A stretch of 64,000 nucleotides of DNA, from positions 115,196,001-115,260,000 of the forward strand of contig OX597818.1 of NCBI GenBank assembly GCA_951406725.2, in the 5' to 3' direction. The position numbers and the translations under genes were made by a program. The notes below the pieces were generated by a model that saw only the letters and a program-made list of their open reading frames with translations, did not search any database and was not told the DNA's origin. This DNA is from Octopus vulgaris (Eukaryota). Below are positions 39,242-54,925 of this stretch, piece after piece; position 1 is the stretch's first letter; each line of letters begins with the position of its first letter.

Positions 39242-40657
39242 AAATCGAAAAGCAAGATTGATATTAAAGTTACATTGAAGATTATAGCCGGCCGGTTGAG
39301 GCACCGCCTTGAAAGATTTATAGTCGAACGAATCGACCCCGGTACTTACTTTTTAAAGTTTGATACATATTATGTCGGCCTCTTAGGCCGAACTGCAAAG
39401 TCACGGGGAAGTAAACTCACCAACACCAGTTTTCAAGCAGTGGTGAGAGACAAATACACACATACACATATATATACAAATATATACGACAGACTAATTC
39501 AGCTTCCGTCTAGAAATCCACTCATAAAATTTTGGTTGAACTAGCTCCTCCATCTGTCCAAAGTCGGTGATGCTTATAAAAATGATCTATGGCAAAAAAA
39601 AAAAAATCGATGACAATCCAGTGCTTTACAAATTAAGTCTTTTTAATCACGATTTTTGTTCTGCTCCAAATGACAGATATTCCAGCACCGAAAGAGGTGC
39701 CATGAACCAGTAATGGCTCCTTTGGAAGTCTATAACCAACGTTACTATTTTACTAAAATTGCAATGCAAACATGATTAAAGAACTAAATAAGCCTTTCAA
39801 ACTGAATTCCAATCGCTTGAAGAACGTCAAAATTTTTTTAGTTGCTTTCCTTAGTTCTAGTTGATGTAACGTTAAGCCAGATGGAAAGGAATGTCTCCAG
39901 TGTTGAATCTCAAACTGGCTAGAACTGCACTCAGCTGTAAATATGATTCTCCGAGAAACACTTTTTTGTCTATCCTGCAACAATATACAGTTTAACAGAG
40001 CACTTCCTTTCTTCCCTCATAATATATTTCGAAGTTTTGCTGAAAGAGAATTCTTTGTGAAATACATACACACACCAAACTAAAACCGAATTGGCAATAT
40101 TCCATCGTAAACAAACACATAAACAGACAAATAAATAACATTGCCCAAAAGTTGAGGCTGAAGCTACAGATTCTGGATTCAACGAATACTTGGATATCAC
40201 ATCAAATTGTTCTTTTTGGTTTTGCATTTCGTTGCTTTTTTTGGTCAGGTTTCAATCGTTAGATAGAGGCCATGTTGGGACAAGGCCTTCATGCATATAT
40301 TTTGTTGACCACATCGGACACCCCAGTAATCGTTGGTGTTATTTTATTTCGGGCCAGCCTTGATTGAACAAGATTTACAATCAAAGGAATTCCGACTGTG
40401 ACCACTCTGTCCTTTTACTAAATGATATGAATCCAGAACCACATTAACCGATGTGTCGTTTTCCATGACTGTGGGATGTGATTTGAGATTATATATGTAC
40501 GTATGTATATATGTATGCATATATATATATATGTATGTATATATAGAAAGAGACCAAAGTGTACGTACGCCGCTATATTTGTATAAAAAGGAATACCCAA
40601 AATGGAATGTTGTCCCTTTTTGTATCATCTAACTGTCTGGATGTTTTGCGTTCTTGT

Positions 40658-41261
40658 CAAACAAGGACAGACAAAGAGATTAAGTCGATTACATCGACCC
40701 CAGTGCGTAACTGCTAGTTATTTTTAAAGTTTGATACATATTCTGTATCAAACTCTGTATTCAGATCCTGTATAATCGACCCCGAAAGGATGAAAGGCAA
40801 AGTCGACGGAATTTGAACCTAGAACGTAATGACAGATGAAATACCTATTTCTTTACTACCCACAAGGGACTAAACACAGAGAGGACAAACAAGGACAGAC
40901 AAACAGATTAAGTCGATTATATCGACCGCAGTGCGTAACTGGTACTTATTTAATCGACCCCGAAAGGGTGAAAGGGAAAGTCGACCTCGGCGGAATTTGA
41001 ACTCAGAATGTAGCAATGGGCGAAATACCTATTTCTTTACTACCCACAAGGGGCTAAACACAGAGGGGACAAACAAGGACAGACAAAAGGATTGAGTCGA
41101 TTGCATCGACCCCAGTGCGTAACTGATACTTAATTTATCGACCCCGAAAGGATGAAAGGCAAAGTGGACCTCAGCGGAATTTGAATTCAGAACGTAACGG
41201 CAGACGAAATACGGCTACGCATTTCGCCCGGCGTGCTAAAGTTTCTGCCATCTCGCCGCCT

Positions 41262-41298
<37 letters not shown>

Positions 41299-41520
41299 GG
41301 CGGTGAGCTGTCAGAATCGTTAAGGCGCCAGACGAAATGCTTAACGCTACATTTTGAGTTCGCCCATCGCTACATTTTGAGTTCAAAATCCTCCGAGGTT
41401 GGCTTTGCTTTACATCATCCCTGGGAGATTAAATAAGTACCAGTTGAGGACTGGGGCCGACGTAATCGACTTAGCCCCTCCCTTCGAAGTTGCTAACCTT
41501 ATTAAAAATTTGAAACCATT
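40658..41520. mobile_element. SINE type A minus trimer (40658-41260) and plus copy (41298-41520) around (ATT)n
   Basis: Same unit and junction as 7755-8315. Confidence 0.8.
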
Positions 41521-41778
41521 ATTAATCTGATGTTTTAACAAAATTTTGAAAGGTTTTAATATAGTCAACTTTAATATATAGTCAACTTTAAAGCCGGAAG
41601 GTTGCATTATAGAACCAAGAGCAGTCTCTGGCAGATTGGTATCAAAAAGGATATGCAATGTTGATATCAAACTGTCTTACAAGTGGCATGGTTTATTAAT
41701 AAGCATGCTTGTGTACAAGCTTCTTACCACACAACCGATCATACATAGGAATTAGCTTTTTATCACATAAGTGAAATA

Positions 41779-41941
41779 GAGTGGCTGTGTGATAAGAAGT
41801 ATGCCTCTCAACTACATGATTCCGGGTTCAGTCCCAGTACGTAGCACCTTGGGCAAGAGTCTTGTTCTATAGCATCGGGCCGACCAAAGCCTTGTGAGTG
41901 GATTTGGTAGACGGTATCTCAAAGAAGCCCGTCGTGAGTAT

Positions 41942-42022
<81 letters not shown>

Positions 42023-42228
42023 TGTGTGTGCTTGTGTTTATTCCCCACCACCACTTGACAACCGATGCTAGTGTGTTTATGTCCCCGTAAACTAGCGGTT
42101 CGGCAAAAGAGCCCGATAGAATAAGTACTAGACTTACAAAAATAAGTCCTGTGGTCGATTTCTTCGACTAGCATCATTTAAGGCGATGCTCCAGCATGAC
42201 CACAGTCAAATGACTGAAACAAGTGTAA
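41779..42228 (+). mobile_element. SINE type B; partial copies at 12735-12930, 32099-32255, 39016-39177, 39285-39540(-), 47050-47170(-), 47775-47920(-), 50834-51140
   Basis: Homology to the type B consensus. Confidence 0.78.
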
Positions 42229-42378
42229 AATAGTCATGTAGTTTCCTTAAGACTGTATCTTCCTCGTAATGAGTTTAAAATTTTTTGATGCCTTCGCTCC
42301 CGCTGACTTTAGAAGCTGGTTACGCTATTGCCTGCGCGATTTAGTTCGCCTGTAGTGGTAGTAGTATAAAGGAAGGTT

Positions 42379-42756
42379 GGAGGCGCAATGGCTCAATGGA
42401 TAGGGCAGCAGACTCGCGGTCGTAGGATCACGGTTTCGATTCCCAGACCGGGCATTGTGAGTGTTTATTGAGCGAAAACACTTAATGCTTCACGAGACTC
42501 CGGCAGGAGGTGGTGGCGAACCCTGCTGTATTCTTTCACTACAACTTTCTCTCACTCTTTCTTCCTGTTTCTGGTGTACCTGTATTTCAAAAGGGCCAGC
42601 CTAGTCACACTCTGTGTCACGCTGAATCTCCCCGAGAACTACGTTAAGGATACACGTGTCTGTGGGTGCTCAGCCACTTGCACGTTAATTCCATGAGCAG
42701 GCTGTTCCGTAGATTGGATCAACTGGAACCCACGTCGTCGCAACCGACGGAGTGCC
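42379..42756 (+). mobile_element. SINE type C, full length
   Basis: Matches the 32547 copy. Confidence 0.85.
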
Positions 42757-43875
42757 ATAGTTGTAATATGGAGGAAGGATATTGTGTTGCTGGTAATAAT
42801 TTATTCGTTCAGGGAAGGGTGTATCATGCTGTTCAGGCTGGGAGGTGGAGTAGCTAATACAGTTGTGATACAGTATTTCGGCGGTGTACAGGTGGGTGGC
42901 CATGTTGATGGTTATTGCTGGTATTGCGGGCGAATGTGGTTATCAGCGGTTTGAAATTATAGTAGTGTGCATGCGGCGGCGGCGGCGGCGGTTGTAGAGT
43001 CGGTGGTGTCGGCGGTGTTGGTAGCTATACGGCGGCGTCTGTGGTGGTGGTGGTGACGATGATGACGACGATGACGACGACGACGGTGATGATGATGATG
43101 GCGATGAGGATGGCGATAAAGACGATGGTGATGTGGTTTTGGCGGCGGTGGTAACGCTGTTTCTGGCTCTTGTGGTGGAGAAAGCTGAGCTGTTTCTCAG
43201 CTCTAGTTACTTAGACCTCGTAATACTAGTTTAAAGGAAGCGAGAGGCATATTTATACAGCACGACTGGAAGAGGAGGGAAGGGAAAAAGGTAAACAAGA
43301 AAAGAAATTAAATAGAGAAATAGACAAACAAATAGAAAGAAAGAAAGAACGAACGAAAAATTCCTTCGCGCCATTTGATTAAAAGCTACGTAACAGATTT
43401 TTACAGCGAAGTTTTTTCCAAGGAAAACATCAGGGGAGAACCACCAAATACGTGTGTGTATGTGTGTGTGTGTGTGTGTATTTGTGTGTGTGTGTGTGCG
43501 TGTGTGTACATATGTGCATACACACGCACACAAAGCTGAGGCAGAAATAAATATAAAGAAAATGAATAAACAAACGGGCTTTGTGTGTGTGTGTGTGTGT
43601 GTGTGATAGCCAGCAATTTGGGAAAACAACAATTCCGATGACCGCCGAGGAATGCAAGAATAAAATCGTAATTTAAAGGTTCATTGTTCCTCCCGCCATT
43701 TAGCCAAACGCTAAACATTGTAGTAGTTAAGTGTGGAGTTTATTAAGATACCAATGCTAAACTGTATTTAATAAAGTCTCCAACAAGTTAACTAAATTTG
43801 TTTTTGCTTGTGATTCTTCGTTTCTCTTGGTTTATACTGTGAAAGGCCTATAATTACGTGCTGCTATATGTACAG

Positions 43876-43911
<36 letters not shown>

Positions 43912-44398
43912 AGCATCTATGTGGGAGGATAATATATTATGCGCAACACAGCGGGGATCCGAAGGATTAAAATAAATATACAATGTCGAAAGTGTGGTCG
44001 TGAGAGAAATAAGAAAGAAAACATATTCCTTCTCTGATTTTCGTATACAAAATAAAGTGACGTGGAGTCTCCTAACAGACCGTTTTTACAATATTTTGAT
44101 GGCGCGTCAGAGAAAACGTGCAGTTTTCTTCCCTGCTCAAAAGCACAGAGTATCAAAATATGTAAACTAGACTACCCACCAGTGTGATAGCCTAATTCAT
44201 TATAGCTTTATATAGTAGCTGGATAAATCATATTTTAGACTGGGGAAGGAGACCGCGTGTGTCCATCAGAATATTCACCCCGCTTCATTCTTGCACATCA
44301 AAATCATAAGAGTATTACGTTTGTATTCCTATTTGCTTTATTGTTATCCTTTCTGTTTGATATATATATATATACATATGTGTATGTGTATCTGCGTG

Positions 44399-44471
<73 letters not shown>

Positions 44472-45404
44472 TAAAAGGCTGATCGTGGGAATCGAACACC
44501 CATCTGAAAACAAGAAAGGATTTCTACTATCCCATTGGATCAAACTACCCTTCGAATTTCTCTCTCCATGTTAAAAACCTATTCTTACCAGTAGGTATTG
44601 TATATTGTTGACCGTAGACGAATTTAAAAACTTCGAAAGAACCTCGAGTTGCTATCTCAACATCACTGAATATAAATTTTATTGAAATTTCGTCCTCACC
44701 TAAGCCTCTTATTAATTTGCTACTCGGCTGTAAAAGTTTTCCAGCAGAAATAACCTAACTTCAGATTTGTTTTAAGGCTGTAGATACAAAGAATGACCCT
44801 TTTCTTTACCTCAAAAATCCAATGCAAAGATAACCTACTAAAGATATTAATTGGAACGTCAACTCTTCCTAAATATTGCCTTGTTTTTCTAAACGTTTTT
44901 AATCTTTCAGTAAATATTCATACAAATTCATTTATATACCGATACATACACACGTGTACAAACATACATTAACACTGATACAGACACACATATACACGAT
45001 ACAGCTGTTACGCAAATATTATTGCATGCCTCTTGTGTACTTACAGCTAATCGGGAGTATTTAAGGGGATTTGCTAGTTTGATAAAACAGTTTTGGCTAT
45101 TCAGTAAGATAAAGCATCCGGGTGAAGAAGGATCGCTTTTGAAAAGCAAGTGTATTGGAATTAGCACTGTACGACACGATAACAGCGTCGCCGCTTAATT
45201 ACAACGAACTCCATGACCCAAATAGGACATAAGCTTGGTTGGCATTGCCATGCTTTGCTGCTCTTGCAAAAAGAAAAGACAGTGGACCTTGATAATGAAT
45301 GAAAGACATATAACAGGTTTTACTTTTTATCTAAAGCAAGTATGATGGCCGCATCAAAAGTTTCGGGAACTGAAACTCCAGGAACTAAATACTTCTTTTT
45401 AATT

Positions 45405-45817
45405 TAGGCACAAAAGCAGTAATTTTGAGGGGGTGGATTACCTATTCCTTTACTGCCGACAAGGGGCTACACACAGAGGGGGCAAACAAGGACAGATAAA
45501 CGGATTAAGTCGATTATATCGACTCCAGAGCGTAATTGGTACTTATTTAATCGACCCCGAAAGGATGAAAGGCAAAGTCGACCTCACAACGTAGCGACAG
45601 ACGAAATACCTGTTTCTTTACTACCCACAAGGGGCTAAACACAGAGAGGACAAACAAGGACAGACAAAGGGATTAAGTCGATTACTTATTTAATCAACTC
45701 CGAAAGGATGAAAGGCAAAGTTGACCTCGGCGGAATTTGAACTCAGAACGTAACGGCAGATGAAATACCGCTGAGCATTTCGCCCGGCGCGCTAACGTTT
45801 CTGCCAGCTCGCTGCCT
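45405..45817 (-). mobile_element. SINE type A multimer
   Basis: Two or more units with a gaaatac|ctgtttcttt junction. Confidence 0.78.
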
Positions 45818-46462
45818 TTGAAAACTTACACATTAAGATGGATTTTATCATTTAAAAAAATGGAATTTTCGGACAAAATTGTCAACTGTGCCAAATCTGC
45901 AACAAATAGATGACTATAGCTTTCATTTTATTTTATTTTATTTTGTTTTATTTTGCATTCATAGACTCCATAAAGACTACAAAAAGAGAGGATTGCATTT
46001 AGCAGGGATAATTATAGATACAAAACAGCAAAGTGATAAGAATCAATTAGGATCATTGCTTAAAGTTAGTAATTTCTATGGACGATCGTATTTCAGACAG
46101 TATAACGCCATTTGCATTATTTTGTAAACGCGGCGTCCATTTTCATGAAATATTCAGCAACAATAGGCATTGGAATATATAATCTGATGCCATTTAAAGA
46201 AGTTACCTGATACAAATAAATGTAAGAGAAATGTCTATGTCAACAATATAGGCACAAGATGGCCATCTTGAATTACAATTCTCGAGAGTATTAACCCGAA
46301 CTGAAATTGTAGCTAACCAACAGCGACATCCGCACGTAGCATGACATGACCTTACAGATGACAGCCATTAATTATCAAAATATCTAAACGTAAATGGATC
46401 TAAAATATCAAATGACGCATTATCTCGATTAGAATATATTAATGAAGCGGGATGGGTTGAAC

Positions 46463-46634
46463 GTGATGATGATGATGATGATGATGATGTTGATGACGGT
46501 GATGATGATGATGACGTTGTTGATGACGATGTTGATGATGATGATGATGACGACGACGATGTTGATGACGATGTTGGTGATGAAGATAATGATGATGATG
46601 ATGACGATGTTGATGATGATGATGATGACAATGT

Positions 46635-46667
<33 letters not shown>

Positions 46668-46786
46668 CAATGTTGATGATGATAATGACGATGATGATTA
46701 TGATGACGATGTTGATGGTGATGATGATGAAGATGATAATGATGATGAGGATATTGATGATGATGATGATGACGAGATGAAGATGA
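46463..46786. repeat. (GAT)n/(GAC/GTT) trinucleotide repeat
   Basis: Direct reading. Confidence 0.95.
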
Positions 46787-47169
46787 GTTTATCATCCATC
46801 TTGTTGTGACTAATCTTATAAACGCGGAATATAAAGTTCGAGATTGCCAGAAGTATTAATTTTATCTGAAATATGAAAAAAAGATATCTAAGTATAATAG
46901 GAGTGATTGTTGTTGCTGTTGTTGTTGTTGAAAGACCATTTAAGGTAATGAAAAATATGCCAACTGCTAATTATTGTTTCTTATGTAATGAAGATTTAAT
47001 TGTTCCACCAACCTAATAAGATTATCACTATATATATATATTAGGTCGTATATATACGACGGGCTTCTTTCAGTTTCCATCTATTAAATCTACTCACAAG
47101 GCTTTGGTCGGCCCAAGGCTATAGTAGAAGACACTTGCCCAAGATGCTACGCAATGGAACTGAACCCGC

Positions 47170-47200
<31 letters not shown>

Positions 47201-47401
47201 AGGAGAGTTCACGAAAAAAAACAAAAGACAAAGACAGGTGGTGTACAAAACAAACAGATGTATTAGTATAACGCTCAGGAATTGAAAAAGTCTTTTACGT
47301 TTCGAGCCTACGCTCTTCTACAGAAAGGGACGCAGAAAAAAACAAGGAGAGAAAAAAAGATGTGTGTAGTGGCCACCGATCTATCATGGCGATATATATA
47401 T

Positions 47402-47548
47402 TTTATTAATAAAGCTGCAAAGACATCACAAAAAACTGTTACTCATAGTTTCACTTTCTCCTTCGTCGGACACTAAAACCGTCCGACGAACGGGAACGTG
47501 AAACTCTGAGTAACTATTTAGTGATGTCTTTGCAGGTTTATTAATAAA
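47402..47548. repeat. Imperfect fold-back with hammerhead-like motif (CCGACGA core) in each arm
   Basis: Plus 47481-47514: gt-CCGACGA-acg-ggaa-cgt-GAAA-ctctgag-TA-ac; diverged mirror copy about 47437-47472. Confidence 0.6.
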
Positions 47549-47678
47549 GCATATTACTCTACCTCCGGTATTCGAGTACTATTTTTTCCAACTTGTTTCA
47601 CATTCATGTGCTTACTCTGGTATATACATATATATATACACACACACACACACGCACACGCACACTCACACACACACA

Positions 47679-47742
<64 letters not shown>

Positions 47743-48352
47743 CACACACACGCATATGACGATATATATATATTACAGTGTATCTACTAAATTCACTGAC
47801 AAGATTTTATTTCGCCCGAGGCTATAGCTGAAAACACTTGTCCAAGGTTCCTCGCCGTAGGACTGAACCCGGAACCATGTGGTTGGAAAGGAAACTTCTC
47901 TCAACACAGCTACTCCTGCGCGTATTAAAAAAAATATTCCACGAAGACAGCATAAAAAATATGCGACTCTATGTATACACAATCAACGGTCAACAACCTC
48001 AAAATAATGAGACAACCTCAAACACAATACACCAAGACCGCACACAACGGAAATCAAAAGAAGCAACAATTAAATAAGCCAGGAAACTTCGAATAAATAA
48101 ATAAAGCTGAGAAAAGCAGAAAACTGACAGATATTTACATACTTTATAAACTACGAAACTAACTGTTGAATACAGAACAATTAGAAATATAAACAACAGC
48201 TATGTAACATAACAACCTTTGTTAAAATAAAAACAAAAACTCAATTGATATAGCCATTCTACGACATTAAACAGACACCCTCATCAAACAGTTCTCAAAC
48301 ATAAGTTGCCGGAAATCAGTACAGTCAGTACATTGATTATATTATTAAGTAA

Positions 48353-48386
<34 letters not shown>

Positions 48387-48387
48387 T

Positions 48388-48455
<68 letters not shown>

Positions 48456-48459
48456 CCTC

Positions 48460-48838
48460 GGCACTCGTCGGTTGTGACGACGTTGGGTCCAGTTGATACG
48501 ATCAACGGAACAACCTGCTCGTGCAATTAACGTGCAAGTGGCTGAGCAATCCACAGACACGTGTATCCTTAACGTAGTTCTCGAGGGGAGATTCAGCGTG
48601 ACACAGAGTGTGACAAGACTGGCCCTTTGAAATACAGGTACAACAGAAACAGGAAGAAAGGGCGAGAGAATGTTGTGATGAAAGAATACGGCAGGGTTCG
48701 CCACTATCCCCTGCTGGAGCCTTGTGGAGCTTTAGGTGTTTTCGCTCAAAAAACACTTACGACGCCCGGTCTGGGAATCCGAACCGGGATCCTACGACCG
48801 TGAGTTCGCTGCCCTAACCACTGGGCCATTGCGCCTCC
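48460..48838 (-). mobile_element. SINE type C, full length
   Basis: Matches the 15534 copy. Confidence 0.85.
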
Positions 48839-48949
48839 ACTGATAGATAGATACATACATGCATACATACATACATACATACATACATACATACATACAT
48901 ACATACATACATACATACATACATACATACATACATACATACATACAAA

Positions 48950-49960
48950 ATAAATATATAAATGCAGTGCTGAAAAGTGAAGTGAGCAACATTGTACGAG
49001 TTAGCAGTGAGCTTCTTATGAAGCACTCTTTTCCTGATGATCTCCTATACAGCCCCCAAACAGCTGGGCTCTCTTACCTCAGAGAAGATCTCGATGGAAA
49101 GCACTCAGTATACAAAAAAAAAAAGACTATGCATGGGTATGTTGCCCGGAAGCTTGAAGAAGACAGTAGAATTGACACGAATCGTAGCCTCTCTTGGACA
49201 CAAGACCACTACATCACATCACACTTTGAAGGCCATGCGTTTGCAATCCAGGTACAGGAGATTGCCACAAAGCACCTGGTGAACAAGAAAGACAGTGATG
49301 TTCTTTTAATCCCAAGTGCAACCGCATGTATAAGCTATGTTATGTTCCTGTGGAAGACATTACACACGTGATTAGCAGCTGTCCTAAAATGCCCACATGG
49401 TTCTACCTCCCTATGCGGCACGATGTTGTCTCTAAAACAGATTACATTACCATCCGCAAGAAAGAATGTCTTGAAATAAACTTAGAAAATCCCTCTCTTA
49501 TGGAATACATTCATAAACACCAACTCAAGGAACACTGGTGGAATATTGCCAACAAAACATTCTGTCAAATGTAAACATAACATGCTGGATATCGCTGTTT
49601 GGGACAGAGGGGCAAGAGATCAGCTGCCTTGCAGATATAAATATCTCTTTGAAAATCAAAGTAAAAGAGGATATCCATGGACAACTGCATCGAAACCTCC
49701 AGCTTCTATATCCAGACTATGAATTCATATTCATACCGATAATAATTGGGGCACTAGGATTTGTTAGTAAATGCTTAAAGGAGAATCTGGATAAACTTGG
49801 ATTTTCAGAAAGAGAAATCGACCGACTAATTCGTACATTACAAGTTCAATCTGAGAGTGAAACAGTAAAAATATGCAATACTTTTCTCAAGTTCCAAATG
49901 TTAATTTGTCAGTGTTATCTACATCCCAGGGATGGGACCTTGTATCTTTGTTGGAAGAAC
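48950..49960 (+). mobile_element. R4/Dong-like retrotransposon 3' third (CCHC and RLE), frameshifted
   Basis: MHGY..., ITSHFEGHAFAIQVQEIATK, KLCYVPVEDITHVISSCPKM...YLPMRHDVV, EISCLADINI...LYPDYEFIFIPIIIGALG; flanked by (CATA)n at 48850-48946 and 49959-49973. Confidence 0.85.
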
Positions 49961-50329
49961 ATACATACATACATATAAGAAGAAAGAGAGACAGTGAGAA
50001 AGTCGCTTATGGCTCAGTCATCAGGGGAAGGGCAACCCTCATGAACATTTGTGCACGCTCAAGTGATGAGGTCAAACTAAAGGGGAAATTAGGGCTATCA
50101 CGAAAGAATAAATAGACTGTGATGGGTTATGTCTAACCATTTTCATTCATGAAACTAGGTTAATGTGGAAAGGCATGCGCCAGAGTGCCGTGATGTAGAA
50201 TCGAACCTGGAACCAGGCGAGAAGATTGCCAAGCTAAATTCAAATCTACATCCCATAGATAATATATATGCGTAGGAGTGTGTGTGCACGTCAGTGTGTG
50301 TGCGTGTGTATATTTGCTATATATATATA

Positions 50330-50560
50330 TTTCTTTATTGCCTACAGGGGGCTAAACATAGAAGGGACAAACAAGGACAGACAAAGGGATTAAATCGATT
50401 ACATCGAACCCAGTGCAAAACTGGTACTTAATTTATCGACCCCGAAAGGATGAAAGGCAAAGTCGACCTCGGCGGAATTTGAACTCAAAACGTAATGGCA
50501 GACGAAATACTGCTAAGCATTTCGCCCGGCATGCTAACGATTCTGCCAGATCGCCGCCCT
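50330..50560 (-). mobile_element. SINE type A; further copies at 21520-21670, 22765-22940, 56885-57100, 61370-61565, 62335-62705
   Basis: Homology to the type A consensus. Confidence 0.78.
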
Positions 50561-51292
50561 TATATTTGCTATATAAACGTAGTATGGGTCGTGAATAGCA
50601 AACACGTTAACATGACACGATTAAATAAAAAGTGTCGCTTTAACTTACGAAGACCAAACAATGTTGAATAACGAACTAAAGGTGTCAACGACATACATAT
50701 AGGGAATATTTACATAAACCATACTTACCTGTAGCGTATGTTTGATTAGGTCACCAGCAGGATATATTTCATGAGTCGTTTGGAAGAAGGGGAATTATCT
50801 AGCAATGCCATTTTAGGCATACACATACATATAGGCGCAGTCGTGGCTGGGCGATAGGAAGTTTGTTTTCTAACCATATGGTTCCGAGTTCATTCCCGCT
50901 GCGTGGCACCTTGGCCAAGTGACGTTTTATTAGAGCTTCGGGCAAGACCAAAGCTTTGTGAGGGGGCTTGGTAGACGGAGACTGAAAGAAGCCCATCGTA
51001 TATTTTGTGTGTGTGTGTTTGTCTTTTGATTCTATATTTGTCCCCCACCACTGCTTGACAACCGGTGCTGGTGTCTTTGAGTCCTCGTAACGCACCGGTT
51101 CTGCAAAACAAAGACCGGCGGAATAAGTGCCAACGGGCTTCTCGTAGTTCAGAATTTCTCGAATATGTGTCAAAATGTACGACAGCTAAAAAAGTCTCCA
51201 AATGGAATTACAGTCGTGGTGTAAGTTAGATAGCAATTCGAGTTTTCTATTGTTTTTACGGCATATTTTAATATCTGTAAGCTTTCAGACGT

Positions 51293-51553
51293 GGAGGCGC
51301 GTGGCTTAGTGGTTAGGGTGTCAGCATCATGATCGTAAGATTGTGGTTTCGATTCCAGGACCGGGCGACGCGTTGTGTTCTTGAGTAAAACACTTCATTT
51401 CACGTTGCTCCAGTCCATTCAGCTGGTAAAATTGAGTAATGCTGCGATGGACTGGCGTCCCGTCCGACTGGGGAACACATACGCCATTGAAACCGGGAAA
51501 CCGGGCCCATGAGCCTGGCTAGGCTTTAAAAGGGCGCTTTTATTTTTATTTTT
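51293..51553 (+). mobile_element. SINE type E, full length with 13-bp TSD
   Basis: TSD taagctttcagac at 51278-51290 and 51554-51566; tRNA-like A and B boxes; T-rich tail. Confidence 0.88.
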
Positions 51554-52108
51554 TAAGCTTTCAGACAGATTCTACGGCCTGATGATACGGTAAAATATGG
51601 TGTAGCTCTGCCAACAATGGTTGACGCTGTAATAGTATGAGGATATCTTTTGATCCCTGGGCTTCCAGATGAATTAGGACAGGGAAGTGGAGATTTTCCT
51701 GTTCATTTAAATGTCACTTTCCTTGTTTCTAAAAGAATACAGGTGTTGACTGTAACGTCCATTGATATGAGTAGTGAACTCTGTGCATAACGATAAAAAA
51801 TACGTAACTGAATTCTACAGGAGAATATATCTGACGGGTGAACGAGTATGTTAAATAAATCGATATCAATACGATACAAATAAAGTTAATATAATCTTAT
51901 GAAAATATATTTACATAAATGTTGTTTTTATTTATAATATATACATATATTTCAAATACATTGAACGAGCAAAAACAGGAAATATGTATTGGGTGTTTCT
52001 CTGCCTCACCGCATTCTCATTTCCTTCAATCACATTTCTATTTAATTTCATCATATATTAAGTATAGCACCTTATTAAGTTATATATTTCCACAGACACG
52101 TGTATTCA

Positions 52109-52111
<3 letters not shown>

Positions 52112-52150
<39 letters not shown>

Positions 52151-52193
52151 CACTTGGCATATACACATAAGTTATATATCATATATATACGTT

Positions 52194-52253
<60 letters not shown>

Positions 52254-52350
52254 AATATATACTTATATCTATATATATATATGTATATATATATATGTAT
52301 ATATATATGTATATATATATATGTATATATATATATGTATATATATATAT

Positions 52351-52403
<53 letters not shown>

Positions 52404-52470
52404 GTATATGTATATATGTATGTATATATGTATATGTATATATGTATGTATATATGTATATGTATATATG

Positions 52471-52507
<37 letters not shown>

Positions 52508-52522
52508 ATATATATATATATG

Positions 52523-52567
<45 letters not shown>

Positions 52568-52597
52568 GTAAGAAGTAAGTTTCCTCCATTTTCTGCT

Positions 52598-52634
<37 letters not shown>

Positions 52635-52966
52635 AGTGGTGTCTCTCTCATGAATGTGAGTCATGTAATGCTGTAATGCAATGCCTGAGATATATAAACG
52701 ACTGCAAATAACAAATCACATCACCCTATGAACCATTCCTTTTCATGAGAGACAGCTGCAACGGTGGAATATGCATACCCAATGTACGCCACTCACAACT
52801 ATACAACTTGGATTTTAAAAGCTGTACGCCCTCAATTTATGGTAGCACGGGATGTCTTACACCCAAACACACAAACACGAGGTTGCTATCACTTATACAT
52901 TCTTATACACATATACATAAATGTAAATATACGTATATACACACACTCATATATATATACATAAAT

Positions 52967-53014
<48 letters not shown>

Positions 53015-54223
53015 TTATATATATATATACATAAATTCATATATATATATATACATAAATTCATATATATATATATATATATATACATAAATTCATATAT
53101 ATATATATATATACATAAATTCATATATATATATAAACATAAATTTATATATATATATATACATATACATAAATTTTATTTATATGTATGTTTTACGAGC
53201 ATACAAACAGGACATACAAGTGTACATGCTTGCATAAGTTCATATATACATACATTTGTACATATACATCCATTTTTCATGTACTGTGTGAATATTGTAG
53301 ACACCGCTGTGAAAACTGATCAAGTTTTTCTCTTTATCATCGTGTTATTTTATTTATTTTATTTGTTGTATTTATTTATCTTATTCATGTTTTACTTTTT
53401 ATAATTATTATTTTTATTTATTTTATTTTTGTGATTTTTATTATGCTTTTTCTTTTCTTTTTTTTTTATTCTACACTTGCTATCTACTTTCTGCCCTCGT
53501 TTCAAAAACATTAAGCGGGAGGTAACTCCACATGAATCTCTAGAAATTCGAAATGTAAAGAAATATGTTTTATAATGTAACCTTAGTGTTTTTTTTTTCT
53601 TCTGAGGTGAGATTTATTCAGCTAAGTCACGTAGTTTTTATATCTACCCATTTTCGATCAACATCACAGAGTGTTACAATTAAAAATCCATTAAAGAAAA
53701 CTGAAGGAATATGAAATCGATAAAAATTGTTACATTTCTATATAAACAATCATGTTCCCTCGTTCTCCACCCACCCACCTCAGTCTTTATGTGCTTGTAC
53801 TTATATATATATATATATATATAATATATGACATATATATATATATGATATATATATAATATAACATATATATAATATATATAACATATATATAATATAT
53901 ATGACATATATATATGATATATATATAATATAACATATATATATATAATATATATAACATATATATAATATATATGACATATATATATGATATTAAATAC
54001 GATATATATATATATGAAATATATATATGAAATATATGTATGTATGTACGTATGTATGTATGAATACGCTAATATATGTATATCTATATTCGTGCATACA
54101 TACATGCATTCATGCAAGCACATACATTCATACACACATATAATATATACGAATAATCAAATATTTATAAGCCGTTTACTTTATATGCACATACGTATAT
54201 ACATATATACATACTCATACACC

Positions 54224-54293
<70 letters not shown>

Positions 54294-54313
54294 CATATAT
54301 ATAAATATATATA

Positions 54314-54365
<52 letters not shown>
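52112..54365. repeat. Large TA-rich microsatellite/minisatellite zone
   Basis: Several (TA)n, (TATG)n and ataaattc(at)n arrays. Confidence 0.85.
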
Positions 54366-54367
<2 letters not shown>

Positions 54368-54744
54368 TTATATATACCCATTCTCCAAAGAACACCATAT
54401 CTTTTCAGATGGGTAGAAGTGATAGAGCTGATGTCAAACTTGTGTATAAACCAATTAAGTAAAAGGAAAACAAATGTGAAGAGATCATTAAGCATTTGGC
54501 TTCAATAGCTGCATCCTTCCATGGTCCAGGTGGCGGTGCTCAAACGGCGCGGGCAGCGGTGAGATAGTTCTCCTACTCAAGTCATGACTTTCTGTGTCGA
54601 ATTCACACAAATTAGTATCTATTTTATCAGTATCTATGATAGAAGCAGATTCATGTAGATACTGCATATTGACTTATTATTTTTTTTAAACCCAAAATCC
54701 AGACCTCATCCATATTATGAAAAAAAAGATGAAAACATACATTA

Positions 54745-54776
<32 letters not shown>

Positions 54777-54925
54777 AAGACACATGCATACATGTAGGTA
54801 GATATGCGTGTGTTTGTGTAAGTTTTTAGTTATCTGTTTAAATGAGGATATATTTAAAATGGTGTCTGATTATGTACAAATACCTATCCATAAACCTGTA
54901 TGCATATTTACAAGCTGTGTATAAT

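Noticed and set aside
46368-46795. Poly-His, poly-Ser and poly-Met ORFs
   Set aside because: Frames of a (GAT)n repeat with no splice or domain support.
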